DNA of 36,278 nt from a bacterium (lineage in GTDB: Bacteria > UBP18 > UBA7526): positions 1-36,278 of the forward strand of contig JAUWYL010000013.1 in assembly GCA_030615855.1 (NCBI GenBank), written 5' to 3'. Numbering within the stretch: position 1 is the stretch's first letter; each line of letters begins with the position of its first letter. This document shows positions 1 through 9,490 of the stretch, one piece after another. The notes below the pieces were generated by a model that ran no database searches, was not told the origin of the DNA, and saw nothing but the letters and a program-made list of their open reading frames with translations. The position numbers and the translations under genes were made by a program.

Positions 1-813
1 TTACAGTATCTGGGCAATGTAGAGAGGGTGGCCTTAGCAAAGGCCGAGCTGATGTATACCCTGGGGAAGGATGATGTTGCCATTTTAAATATCGATGACC
101 CCTATGTACGGGATATGAGGAAGAAAATAAGGGCAAGAATAATCACCTATGGCATAAGGAGAAGAGTCCAGGTCAAGGCCCAGAAAATTGAGAACCTAAG
201 AGAGGAAGGGATGAAGTTTACCTTAGGGATAGAGAAAGGGGACTTCCCCCTTCACCTAAGATGTCTCGGTTATCACAATATATATAATGCCCTGGCGGCG
301 GCAGCGGCTACCCATGCCTTAGGCATGAAGAAAGAGATGATCCAAGAAGGACTCTCCCAATTCCAACCCCTGGTAGGAAGGATGAGAATAATGAGGATGA
401 GGGGTCTCACCATTCTCGACGACACCTACAACGCCTCTCCCAAGTCTTTTATCGCCGCCATCGAGACCTTGAGAGACCTCTCTCCAAAGGGGAGGAAGAT
501 ACTGGTGACCGGAGACATGTTAGAATTGGGAGAGAGGGCTCCCCTAGCCCATAAAGAGACCGGAATATATGTTGCTCATTCAGGAATAGATACCCTCATC
601 ACCTGTGGGGGTCTGGCAGGATACATCGCCCAGGGGGCGATAAGGGCGGGAATGGAAAAGAGAAGAATAGTCTCTTGCCAGAATAAAAGGGAGACCGGCG
701 ATAAGCTACTCTCCCTCGCTAAAGAGGGGGACACCATTCTCATTAAGGGCTCCCACGCCACAGGAATGGAAGAAATCATAAAAAAGTTGAAGAGCAAATA
801 TATCCCAAAGTAA
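1..813 (+). CDS. murF: UDP-N-acetylmuramoyl-tripeptide--D-alanyl-D-alanine ligase (5' truncated by window)
   Basis: Frame open from base 1; motifs HNIYNALAA, DDTYNASP, GDMLELG, ILIKGSH; directly upstream of mraY. Confidence 0.95.
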   Translation, partial: LQYLGNVERVALAKAELMYTLGKDDVAILNIDDPYVRDMRKKIRARIITYGIRRRVQVKAQKIENLREEGMKFTLGIEKGDFPLHLRCLGYHNIYNALAAAAATHALGMKKEMIQEGLSQFQPLVGRMRIMRMRGLTILDDTYNASPKSFIAAIETLRDLSPKGRKILVTGDMLELGERAPLAHKETGIYVAHSGIDTLITCGGLAGYIAQGAIRAGMEKRRIVSCQNKRETGDKLLSLAKEGDTILIKGSHATGMEEIIKKLKSKYIPK

Positions 814-990
814 CCAGTAACCAGTTAACAGTAACCAGTTTTTTTACTATGAACTGTTCACTGTAAACCCCGTTAGACTTTTTAGAAAAAGTTATTGCCA
901 ATTCTTAGGGCTCAGTAGAATAATAACAGTTATATAACCGATTGAAAAAGTTTTTAGCCAAAAGTCTTACGGGGTAAACTGTAAACTAAT
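810..990. repeat. Inverted pair of degenerate heptamer arrays (GTAACCA-type / ACTGTAA-type), interrupted by a MITE-like element
   Basis: gtaacca gtaacca gttaaca gtaacca at 810-837; actatga actgttc actgtaa [element] actgtaa downstream. Confidence 0.85.
868..974. mobile_element. MITE-like element, CCCCGTTAGA family, 107 bp
   Basis: TIR ccccgttagactttt / aaaagtcttacgggg (14/15); flanked by TAAA at 864-867 and 975-978. Confidence 0.75.
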
Positions 991-1011
991 ACCACCTTAA
1001 AGGAGGCACAA

Positions 1012-2112
1012 ATGCTCTATCAATTGCTCATTCGCTTTAAAGACCTACATATCGTCTTCAACGTCTTTCGCTATATCACAGTCCGCGCCGGCCTTGCGGC
1101 TCTAACTGCTCTTCTAGCGAGCATTATCTTTGGACCTCTGATCATCAAGAGATTGAAGAGACTAAGGACCTCCCAGAAAGCAGTAGAGGATGAGAAGTAT
1201 CCCATCCTCTATCGTCTCCATCGGGAGAAGTCAGGCACTCCTACCATGGGTGGTCTTTTAATCCTGGGCGCCATCCTCCTCGCCTGTCTCTTATGGGCCG
1301 ACCTGGGGAATAGGTTCGTCCAACTCATACTCTTCGCCACTCTTTGGCTGGGGACCTTGGGCTTCATTGATGATCTCTTGAAGATTAAGAAGAAAAGCAC
1401 AGAGGGCCTGAGACCCCTGGTCAAGTTAGGAGGACAGATCGCCTTAGGATTCATGATCGGCCTCTATCTCTTTCGCCACCCCTTAATCCCGGAATATGGG
1501 ACCTGCCTCACCGTCCCCTTCTTCAAGAACGTCCTACCCGATCTGGGCTGGCTCTATATCCCCTTCGCCATCTTGGTCATCGTGGCCTCCTCCAATGCGG
1601 TCAACCTGACCAATGGGCTGGATGGATTGGCCATAGGAAGCCTCTTAATCGCGGGGGGGGCCTTCGCTGGACTCTCTTATGTCACTGGCCATAGCGGAAT
1701 GGCAAAATATTTGAATATCTTGCATATGTCTGGAGCAGGGGAGCTCACCATATTCTGTTCTGCCCTAGTAGGGGCGGGATTGGGATTTCTATGGTTCAAT
1801 GCCTATCCTGCCCAGGTGATCATGGGGGATACTGGGTCCCTGGCCTTAGGGGGAGCCTTGGGTACTATCGCCATTCTCATCAAGAAAGAGATCATCCTCT
1901 TGATCGTGGGAGGGCTTTTCGTCTTAGAGGCCCTCTCGGTCATCATCCAGGTAGCCTCCTATAAAATGCGCAAGAAGAGGGTCTTTCTCATGACCCCTCT
2001 TCATCATCACTTCGAGCTCTTAGGATGGAAGGAACCTAAGATAATAATCCGCTTCTGGATCATTGCCATCATCTTCGCCTTGTTAAGCCTGGGAACCCTG
2101 AAACTAAGATAG
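1012..2112 (+). CDS. mraY: Phospho-N-acetylmuramoyl-pentapeptide transferase
   Basis: KSGTPTMGG, GFIDD, NAVNLTNGLDGL, MGDTGS, PLHHHFE motifs; polytopic membrane protein; AGGAGG SD at 1001-1006. Confidence 0.97.
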   Translation: MLYQLLIRFKDLHIVFNVFRYITVRAGLAALTALLASIIFGPLIIKRLKRLRTSQKAVEDEKYPILYRLHREKSGTPTMGGLLILGAILLACLLWADLGNRFVQLILFATLWLGTLGFIDDLLKIKKKSTEGLRPLVKLGGQIALGFMIGLYLFRHPLIPEYGTCLTVPFFKNVLPDLGWLYIPFAILVIVASSNAVNLTNGLDGLAIGSLLIAGGAFAGLSYVTGHSGMAKYLNILHMSGAGELTIFCSALVGAGLGFLWFNAYPAQVIMGDTGSLALGGALGTIAILIKKEIILLIVGGLFVLEALSVIIQVASYKMRKKRVFLMTPLHHHFELLGWKEPKIIIRFWIIAIIFALLSLGTLKLR

Positions 2113-2116
2113 CCGA

Positions 2117-2200
2117 GGAAAGTGGGAAAGTGGGAAAGTGAGAGTCAAACCGGTCAACTGGTAAACCGGCAAACTGGCTAACTGGCAAACCGTCAAACTG
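2117..2200. repeat. Two octamer tandem arrays (GGAAAGTG x3; AAACCGGT/AAACTGGC-type x~7)
   Basis: ggaaagtgggaaagtgggaaagtg then aaaccggtcaactggtaaaccggcaaactggctaactggcaaaccgtcaaactg. Confidence 0.85.
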
Positions 2201-2209
2201 AAAGTAGCT

Positions 2210-3550
2210 ATGGAATTAAAAGGGAAAAGAGTTCTGGTAATTGGAATGGGCAGAGCCGGGGTAGCGGCCGCCAAACTTCTTGAAGCCCGAGGGGCAAGAG
2301 TAACCATTACTGATAAAAAGGGAAGGGAAGAACTAAAAGAAGCTTTTAGAGAACTTGAGGGGAGAAGAATAAGGATTGAAACTGGCGGCCATCCTTTAGA
2401 ACTACTTGAGGATACGGAGCTCGTTGTAGCAAGCCCTGGTATCGCCCCCGATACTCCGTTACTTGAAAAGGCAAAAGAGAAGAGAATCTCCATCATAGGG
2501 GAGCTGGAACTCGCCTCCTCTTTCTTAAAAGTACCCATTATCGCTATTACGGGAACGAATGGCAAAACAACCACTGCTACCCTGATAGGAGAGATACTTA
2601 AAGAAGAAGGGAAGAGAGTAGCGGTAGCTGGGAATATCGGCCATCCCCTCTCTTCCTGTATAGGTGAGGATTACGAGCTCATGGTTAGTGAGGTATCGAG
2701 CTTTCAACTGGAGAGGATAAAAACCTTCCATCCCTTCATAAGCATCATGCTCAACATCGCTCCAGACCATCTGGATAGGTATCGAGACCTGGATGAATAT
2801 ATCGGGGCCAAGAAGAGGATATTTCTGAATCAGAGGAAAGGCGACTTTGCCGTCCTGAACTGGGATGATCCTCACTGCCGAACTCTTTCCGTAGAGGCCG
2901 AGAGGATCTTCTTCAGTCAGGAAAAGATAGAGGAAGGGGTCTATCTAAAGGAAGAGAGAATAATGGCCAACCTATCTGGAGGATTACAGGAGGTCATCCA
3001 TCGAGAAGAGATAGGAATTAAAGGTCCCCATAATCTGGAGAATGCCTTAGCAGCCATCGCCACCTCCCTCATCCTAAGGGTGAAGGTTGCTAGTATTAAA
3101 AGGGTTTTGAAAGAGTTTAAGGGGATTCCCCATAGGATGGAGTTTGTTAGGAAGGTTAGGGGAGTGAGGTTTGTCAATGACTCCAAAGCTACCAATGTCT
3201 CTGCAGTAATGAAATCCCTGGCTTCCTTCCCAGAACCCATTATTCTGATTGCTGGAGGAAGAGATAAGGGGCTTGACTACTCTCCCTTACGCCCCCTGGT
3301 GGAGAAGAGGGTAAAGGCGCTCATCCTGCTGGGCGAAGCAAAAGAAAAAATCGCCCAAGCTTTTTCTCCTAATAAAAGAATTAAGATGGCAGAAAATATG
3401 AAAGAAGCAGTAAATATCGCCTTTAAGTTGGCCGAAGAGGGGGAGACCGTCCTCCTCTCTCCGGCCTGTTCGAGCTACGACATGTTCAAGGATTTCCAGG
3501 AGAGAGGAGAAGCCTTTAAAGAAGCGGTAAGAAGACTTAAGAGTAATTGA
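2210..3550 (+). CDS. murD: UDP-N-acetylmuramoyl-L-alanine--D-glutamate ligase
   Basis: ITGTNGKTTT, EVSSFQL, PDHLDRY, NDSKATN, LLSPACSSYDMF. Confidence 0.97.
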   Translation: MELKGKRVLVIGMGRAGVAAAKLLEARGARVTITDKKGREELKEAFRELEGRRIRIETGGHPLELLEDTELVVASPGIAPDTPLLEKAKEKRISIIGELELASSFLKVPIIAITGTNGKTTTATLIGEILKEEGKRVAVAGNIGHPLSSCIGEDYELMVSEVSSFQLERIKTFHPFISIMLNIAPDHLDRYRDLDEYIGAKKRIFLNQRKGDFAVLNWDDPHCRTLSVEAERIFFSQEKIEEGVYLKEERIMANLSGGLQEVIHREEIGIKGPHNLENALAAIATSLILRVKVASIKRVLKEFKGIPHRMEFVRKVRGVRFVNDSKATNVSAVMKSLASFPEPIILIAGGRDKGLDYSPLRPLVEKRVKALILLGEAKEKIAQAFSPNKRIKMAENMKEAVNIAFKLAEEGETVLLSPACSSYDMFKDFQERGEAFKEAVRRLKSN

Positions 3551-3636
3551 ATCACAAATCGCAAACAAGATGAAAGCATATCAGAATAGACGCCAGACAA
3601 GCTGGCTAAATTCTTCGCGATGCTCTGAATGCAGCA

Positions 3637-3820
3637 AATCAGTGGGCAGAATATCAGAACATCAGAAAATTCTTCTTTCAAGCCTGATATCCTGATCTTC
3701 TGATACCCTCCCTTCTGATACCCTGATTCTCTGATCTGCTTATTTCCTTTTGGGGTATGGGGCATTAAAAATTTTATTGGGAATTAGAAATTGGTAATTG
3801 GAAATTATTGGAAAAATTGA
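3637..3820. repeat. Inverted octamer arrays (ATCAGAAY-type / CTGATNYY-type) followed by a GAAATTG-type heptamer array
   Basis: cagaatatcagaacatcagaa vs cctgatatcctgatcttctgatacc...ctgattctctgat; then attgggaattagaaattggtaattggaaatt. Confidence 0.8.
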
Positions 3821-3828
3821 GGTAGTCA

Positions 3829-5037
3829 ATGAAAAGAATCTCTTCCCATCTGGGACTCTTTCTAATAACCCTGGCCCTGATAAGCATAGGGATCATCATG
3901 GTCTATAGTGCCAGCGCCATCCTCTCCTTGGAGAGGTATAATGACCCCTATTTCTTTTTGAAGCGCCAGCTGGCTTGGGTCCTTTTGGGCCTTTCTGGGA
4001 TGCTTATCGCCGCAAGGATTAACTACCGTGCCCTACCCAAGCTATTAAAGCCTGCACTCTTCCTTACTCTTTGCTTACTCATCATGGTCCTCTTTCCCCA
4101 GTTTGGGAAGGAGATCGCTGGTGCCCGGAGGTGGCTCAAGATAGGAGACTTCACCCTTCAGCCTTCAGAGCTGGCCAAGCTCATCCTCATCCTCTATATG
4201 GCAGATACCCTCTCCAGAAAGAAAGAGAAGATAAAGAGCTTTGCTTATGGTTTCCTCCCCCCGCTTATCATCCTGGGGGCCATCTTTATCCTCATCCTCC
4301 TCCAGCCAGATTTAGGAACTGCCCTCATAATCCTGGTGGTTATTCTGGGGATGCTCTTTGTCTCTGGGGTGCGCTTGAAGTATCTCTTCTCCCTATTCCT
4401 CATTGCCCTCCCCAGCATCTGGCTCTTAATCAACAAGGTCGGTTATAGAAAGAGAAGGATCCTGGCCTTCCTCGATCCCTGGGGCGATCCTCGGGGCTAT
4501 GGCTTCCAGATCATCCAGTCCCTTCTCGCCTTAGGGTCGGGGGGGATCTTCGGTCGGGGTTTAGGAGAGGGAACCCAGAAGCTCTTCTACCTTCCTGCTC
4601 CCCATACCGACTTCATCTTCGCCATACTGGGTGAGGAGCTTGGGTTCTTGGGGGGGATAGCGGTCATCATTCTCTTTGGGGCATTCATCTATTCTGGGGC
4701 CAGGATCGCTCGCCGGGCCCCGGACCTCTTCGGTAGCCTCCTGGCCTTGGGGATAACCACCTGGATCGGACTACAGGCCATGATCAATATCGGGGTAGCC
4801 ACGGGAACCCTGCCCACCAAAGGGATACCCCTGCCCTTCATAAGCTTCGGTGGCTCCTCCCTGGTCTTCTCTTTAATCGGAGTGGGAATCCTCTTGAGCA
4901 TCTCCCTACGCAGCCATAGGTCGCCGACGCTCTCCATCCTCCGAAACAAAGCTTCTGCGGAGGACGGGCATGGCTTTGGTCACTTACGCTCCAGAGTTTC
5001 AGCGACGGGGCGCGACGGAGCGAGGCAGAAGAGATGA
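3829..5037 (+). CDS. ftsW: Peptidoglycan glycosyltransferase FtsW, with palindrome-derived C-terminal extension
   Basis: MVYSAS, GARRWL, QPSELAK, QPDLGTA, LPAPHTDFIF, KGIPLPFISFGGSS; position between murD and murG. Confidence 0.96.
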   Translation: MKRISSHLGLFLITLALISIGIIMVYSASAILSLERYNDPYFFLKRQLAWVLLGLSGMLIAARINYRALPKLLKPALFLTLCLLIMVLFPQFGKEIAGARRWLKIGDFTLQPSELAKLILILYMADTLSRKKEKIKSFAYGFLPPLIILGAIFILILLQPDLGTALIILVVILGMLFVSGVRLKYLFSLFLIALPSIWLLINKVGYRKRRILAFLDPWGDPRGYGFQIIQSLLALGSGGIFGRGLGEGTQKLFYLPAPHTDFIFAILGEELGFLGGIAVIILFGAFIYSGARIARRAPDLFGSLLALGITTWIGLQAMINIGVATGTLPTKGIPLPFISFGGSSLVFSLIGVGILLSISLRSHRSPTLSILRNKASAEDGHGFGHLRSRVSATGRDGARQKR

Positions 5038-6158
5038 GGATCCTAGTTACTGGGGGAGGGACAGGAGGCCACATCTATCCAGCACTGGCCATTGCCCATC
5101 GCCTTAGAAAAGAGAATTATCGGATCCTCTTTGTGGGAGCAGAAGAGGCCCTGGACAGGGATATCATTATCCGGGAAGGCTTTGAATTCAGAAGCATCTC
5201 GGTCCTACCTCTAGAGAGAAGGGTCTCCCTTCAATTACTTAAATTTCTAATTAAATTCATCATGGGATTCTTCCAATCCTTTCCCGTTCTATTTAATTTC
5301 AAGCCCCATCTAATAGTAGGTACTGGAGGATATTCCAGCGCCCCGGTTGCTCTGGCAGCCTATTTCTTGCGCATCCCTCTTCTGATCCATGAGCAGAACC
5401 TCTATCCTGGCCTGACCAATCGCTTCCTCTCTCGCTTCGCAAAAGAGATAAACATCACTTTTGCGGAGTCGAAGGAATATTTTAAGAAGAAAGAGGCAAG
5501 AGTAACGGGAAATCCCATACGAGAAAAGATCTTGAATCTGGATAGGGAAAGAGCACTCAAAGACCTTAAGCTTCGTTCCAAGAGGTTTAATCTCTTAATC
5601 TTTGGGGGGAGTCGGGGGGCGAGGGCCATCAACTATTGCCTTGCCCAAGTCCTAAAAAAAGGTCTCTTAGAAGGAAAGGGTCTCCAGATCATCCTCCTCA
5701 CCGGCTTTCTCGACTTTGAGTACCTCATTCAGGCTTCAAAGAGTAGTAAGATTCCTTTACTCATAAAGCCCTTTCTCCATAATATGGCCCAGGCCTACGG
5801 GGCGGCAGACCTGATCGTCTCTCGAGCCGGAGCAACCACCTTAGCCGAGCTCACTGCCTGCGGCCTGCCCGCCATTCTCATCCCCTATCCCCATGCCACC
5901 AGCAGGCATCAGGAGTATAATGCCCGTTTCCTTGCCAAAGAAGGAGCGGCTATGGTAATATTGGAGAAGGACCTCTCTCCAGAGAGGTTGGCAGATAGCA
6001 TCCTGCGGTTGATGAGAGATAAAGAGAGATTGGAAAGGATGAGGGAGAGAAGTAGGGGGTTGGGAAGGCCCTGGGCAACAGATCGGGTGATGGAGTCCAT
6101 CTATAAATTGACGATGGCTAAGCCATCACTTCGCGAGGAAAAATGTTTAAGAAAGTAG
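5034..6158 (+). CDS. murG: Undecaprenyl-PP-MurNAc-pentapeptide N-acetylglucosaminyl transferase
   Basis: GGGTGGHIYPA, HEQN, GNPIR, FGGSRGA, SRAGATT, HQEYNA. Confidence 0.97.
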   Translation: MRILVTGGGTGGHIYPALAIAHRLRKENYRILFVGAEEALDRDIIIREGFEFRSISVLPLERRVSLQLLKFLIKFIMGFFQSFPVLFNFKPHLIVGTGGYSSAPVALAAYFLRIPLLIHEQNLYPGLTNRFLSRFAKEINITFAESKEYFKKKEARVTGNPIREKILNLDRERALKDLKLRSKRFNLLIFGGSRGARAINYCLAQVLKKGLLEGKGLQIILLTGFLDFEYLIQASKSSKIPLLIKPFLHNMAQAYGAADLIVSRAGATTLAELTACGLPAILIPYPHATSRHQEYNARFLAKEGAAMVILEKDLSPERLADSILRLMRDKERLERMRERSRGLGRPWATDRVMESIYKLTMAKPSLREEKCLRK

Positions 6159-7525
6159 AGAGAATCCACTTCATCGGCATTGGGGGAGCAGGGATGAGCG
6201 GCATGGCAGAACTCTTATTCAATCTGGGCTATAAGGTTACTGGTTCAGATATCGCAGAGAGCCCGGTAACGAAGAGGCTTAAAGATTTGGGAATAAAGGT
6301 CTATCTCGGCCATAGAAGTTCCCAGATCGGCCCCTGTGATGTAGTAGTTACCTCTAGTGCCATCCCTCCCAGCAATCCAGAGGTAAGGGCTGCGGTAGCG
6401 GCTAAGATACCGGTCATCCCCAGGGCGGTGATGCTTGCCGAACTGATGAGGATGAAGGAGGGGATCGCCATCGCCGGTACCCACGGGAAGACGACCACCA
6501 CCGCCATGGTGGCCAGGGTACTGGCCAAGGGAGGCCTGGATCCCACCTTCGTCATTGGGGGAATATTGAATAGGACGAGAAGTTCGGCCAAGCTGGGCAA
6601 AGGGGATTTTCTGGTGGCCGAGGCGGATGAATCGGATGGCTCCTTTCTTCATCTCTCTCCAGCCATGGCAATCGTCACCTCTATCGACGAGGACCATCTG
6701 GACTACTATGGCACACTTTCCAGGCTAAAAGAGACCTTCCTGGAGTTCATCAATAAGGTCCCCTTCTATGGCCTGGCTATACTCTGTTCTGACGATCCCA
6801 ATATCCGGGATTTCCTTCCTCGGGTGAAAAAGAGGTATCTCACCTATGGTCTGAAGGGACCAGCGGAGCTCATAGCCCAGAGAATAAAGAGGACGAAAAG
6901 GGGATTGGTAGAATTTACTGTCATCTATCACCAGAAGAATTTGGGAAGGATAACCCTGGGCCTTCCCGGTATCCATAACGTTCAAAATAGCCTGGCAGCT
7001 ATTGGGGTGGGTCTGGAGCTGGGCATCGACTTTGCTAATATCCGGAAGGCACTGAAGGATCTCAAAGGAGTAGAGAGGAGATTAGAAATCAAGGGGGAGA
7101 AAGAATCCATCCTGGTCATCGATGACTATGCCCACCATCCTACAGAAATAAGGGCGGTACTCGCCACCATTAAGGGGAGGTATCCAGGGAGAAGGGTAGT
7201 AGGCGTCTTCCAGCCCCATCGCTATACTAGAACCAGGGGTCTACTAAAAAGTTTTGCCGCCTGTTTTAAAGGTCTGGATATCCTGATCCTCGCTAAGATC
7301 TATCCTGCGGGTGAGAAGCCCATCCCGGGAGTAAAGACGAAGAACCTACTTCCCCTCATGGCTAAAAGAAAGAGGCCAAGGGTGAGATATATTGCTTCTT
7401 TGGAGAAAATAGTTAAGTATCTTCTAAAAATATTAGAGCCCAATGATTTACTTCTTACTTTAGGAGCCGGGGATGTCTATTGGGTGGGAGAGGAACTCCT
7501 CAGGAAAATGAAAAATGCAAAATGA
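6143..7525 (+). CDS. murC: UDP-N-acetylmuramate--L-alanine ligase
   Basis: GIGGAGMSG, AGTHGKTTTT, EADESDGSF, DDYAHHPTEI, FQPHRYTR. Confidence 0.97.
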   Translation: MFKKVERIHFIGIGGAGMSGMAELLFNLGYKVTGSDIAESPVTKRLKDLGIKVYLGHRSSQIGPCDVVVTSSAIPPSNPEVRAAVAAKIPVIPRAVMLAELMRMKEGIAIAGTHGKTTTTAMVARVLAKGGLDPTFVIGGILNRTRSSAKLGKGDFLVAEADESDGSFLHLSPAMAIVTSIDEDHLDYYGTLSRLKETFLEFINKVPFYGLAILCSDDPNIRDFLPRVKKRYLTYGLKGPAELIAQRIKRTKRGLVEFTVIYHQKNLGRITLGLPGIHNVQNSLAAIGVGLELGIDFANIRKALKDLKGVERRLEIKGEKESILVIDDYAHHPTEIRAVLATIKGRYPGRRVVGVFQPHRYTRTRGLLKSFAACFKGLDILILAKIYPAGEKPIPGVKTKNLLPLMAKRKRPRVRYIASLEKIVKYLLKILEPNDLLLTLGAGDVYWVGEELLRKMKNAK

Positions 7526-7550
7526 AAAATGAAAAATGTAAAATCAAAAA
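7504..7550. repeat. AAAAATG-type heptamer array at the murC/murB junction
   Basis: gaaaatg aaaaatg caaaatg aaaaatg aaaaatg taaaatc. Confidence 0.9.
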
Positions 7551-8451
7551 TAAGATTAGAGACGAGATTCAGAGGATAGTGAAGGGGGAAGTAAAGTTCG
7601 CTGAGCCTATGAGCAGGCATACCTCTTTTAACATTGGTGGCCCGGCGGACTGCCTCATTGCCCCCCAAGATATAGAGGATATAAGAAAAATTATTCTTTT
7701 TAGCAGAAAGAGAAAGCTCCCCCTAAGAGTAATGGGCCAGGGAACGAACCTCCTGGTCCGGGATAAGGGGGTAAGAGAAATAGTCATAAAGTTAGGGAAA
7801 GGTTTTGAGGGCATCAAGTTTTCAGGAGATCATCTTCTGGCAGGAGCGGCGGTGAGACTCTCTACTTTAATAAAGCTGGCTGCCTCCAAAGGATTGGGGG
7901 GTTTGGAGTTTGCTGTCGGTATCCCGGGGAGTCTGGGTGGGGCCGTGGCAACCAATGCTGGGACAGGAAGCCTTTCCATCTCTCAGAGGCTCATGAGTAT
8001 CCGGGTGATGTCTGAGGAAGGGAGGGTAAAGGATCTGGGAGCGAAGGATTTAAACTTTGGCTACCGTAGGTGCCCCCTGGGGAAGGATAGCATAATCCTA
8101 GATGCCAGACTGAGACTGGAGAGAGCGAAAGAGGAGGAGATCCTGAAGAGAATGAACACTTTCTTAGAGAAGAGAGAGAAGACCCAGCCCCTGGGCGCGG
8201 CCAATGCTGGCTGTATCTTCAAGAACCCAGATCCTAAGACTCCAGCAGCGAGGCTCATTGAAGAGACGGGATTAAAGGGGAAGAGGATAGGAAGGGCCGT
8301 TGTCTCTAAGGTCCATGCCAACTTCATCCTCAACCTGGGAAGAGCAAGAGCAGAGGATGTGCTCACCCTCATGGAAGCAATAAAGGAGGAAGTGAAGGGA
8401 AAGACAGGAATAGATCTGGAGCCAGAGATTGAGATCTGGGGAGAAGACTAA
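7522..8451 (+). CDS. murB: UDP-N-acetylenolpyruvoylglucosamine reductase
   Basis: HTSFNIGGPA, GQGTNLL, GIPGSLGGA, AGCIFKNP (Cys variant of GSxFKNP), HANFILN; start chosen at the ATGA overlap with the murC stop. Confidence 0.95.
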   Translation: MKNEKCKIKNKIRDEIQRIVKGEVKFAEPMSRHTSFNIGGPADCLIAPQDIEDIRKIILFSRKRKLPLRVMGQGTNLLVRDKGVREIVIKLGKGFEGIKFSGDHLLAGAAVRLSTLIKLAASKGLGGLEFAVGIPGSLGGAVATNAGTGSLSISQRLMSIRVMSEEGRVKDLGAKDLNFGYRRCPLGKDSIILDARLRLERAKEEEILKRMNTFLEKREKTQPLGAANAGCIFKNPDPKTPAARLIEETGLKGKRIGRAVVSKVHANFILNLGRARAEDVLTLMEAIKEEVKGKTGIDLEPEIEIWGED

Positions 8452-8456
8452 TAAAA

Positions 8457-9425
8457 ATGCAAAATTTAAAATGCCTGCCTCGTCGGCAGACAGGCAAAAT
8501 GAAAAATGAAAAATTAAAGAGACTTAAGAAGAAAAAAATTGGGGTTTTGATGGGTGGGACCTCTGCTGAGAGGGAGATCTCCCTGAAGACCGGGAAGGCC
8601 ATTCTTCAGGCCCTAAAGAGAAAGGGCTTGAAGGCAATTCCCATAGATGTTGGCAAGGATATCGCTGAGAGACTTCTGGGGGAGAAGATCGAATTGGCCT
8701 TCGTTGCCCTCCACGGGAGGGGAGGGGAGGATGGAACGGTACAGGGCCTGTTAGAATTATTGAAAATCCCCTATACGGGAAGTGGGGTCCTGGCCAGCGC
8801 CCTGGCCCTGAATAAAGTTCAGGCCAAGAAGGTCTTTAAGTTTCACAGACTCCCTGTTCCAAGATTCCAAGTTTTGAAGAAGGGTCAAGGGTCAAGGGTC
8901 AAGGGTCAAGGTTTCTCTTTGCCCCTGGTCATTAAGCCCGCCCGAGAGGGCTCAACCATAGGTCTCTCCATCGTCCACAATAAGAGGGATATAGGGAAGG
9001 CCATGGAGAAGGCCTTCGGGTATGACGAGGAGATCATATTAGAGGAGTATATCGAGGGGAAGGAAGTAACGGTAGGGATAGTGGGGGATGAAGCCCTGCC
9101 GGTCATTGAGATCCGGCCAAAGGATGTCTTCTATACATATGAGGCGAAGTATATTAAGGGACTGACGGACTTCATCATACCGGCCCGCTTATCTAAGAGA
9201 GTCTATTCACAAGTGCAGAGGATTGCCCTTGCTGCTTATCACGCCTTGGGCTGTCGCCACTTCGCCCGGGTGGACATGATAGTGAATAAGAAGAATAAGC
9301 CCTATCTCTTAGAGGTCAATACCATACCAGGCATGACCGCTACCAGCCTCCTCCCCCAGGCAGCAGCGAAAAGGGGGATCGGTTTCGATGATCTAGTGCT
9401 GAAAATTCTGGAATTAGCACTATAA
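8457..9425 (+). CDS. ddl: D-alanine--D-alanine ligase (alternative start 8499)
   Basis: GGTSAEREISL, LHGRGGEDG, KPAREGS, YTYEAKY, EVNTIPGMT. Confidence 0.96.
   Translation: MQNLKCLPRRQTGKMKNEKLKRLKKKKIGVLMGGTSAEREISLKTGKAILQALKRKGLKAIPIDVGKDIAERLLGEKIELAFVALHGRGGEDGTVQGLLELLKIPYTGSGVLASALALNKVQAKKVFKFHRLPVPRFQVLKKGQGSRVKGQGFSLPLVIKPAREGSTIGLSIVHNKRDIGKAMEKAFGYDEEIILEEYIEGKEVTVGIVGDEALPVIEIRPKDVFYTYEAKYIKGLTDFIIPARLSKRVYSQVQRIALAAYHALGCRHFARVDMIVNKKNKPYLLEVNTIPGMTATSLLPQAAAKRGIGFDDLVLKILELAL
8880..8907 (+). repeat. Perfect heptamer tandem repeat (AAGGGTC)x4 inside ddl
   Basis: aagggtc x4, translated as KGQGSRVKG. Confidence 0.95.
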
Positions 9426-9490
9426 AAAGTAGGAGAGGAAGTAAGAAAGTAAGTAATACAAAGTGCAAAATTAGCAATATAAAATGTAAA

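Noticed and set aside
3570-3695. Short ORF or imperfect hairpin after murD
   Set aside because: The roughly 41-codon ORF runs into the octamer array and lacks a clear SD; the hairpin is too imperfect to call an RNA.
7480-7521. murB start at 7480 as in the ORF track (likewise dnaE 13252 and pseudopilin 22207)
   Set aside because: Downstream ATGs fit better (stop-start overlap, SD or prepilin leader length); the extensions are non-ATG starts with no family-like sequence.
9130-9155. Ddl as a D-Ala-D-Lac (vancomycin-resistance-type) ligase
   Set aside because: The omega-loop reads YTYEAKY with Tyr, the D-Ala-D-Ala type, and the gene sits in the normal dcw position.
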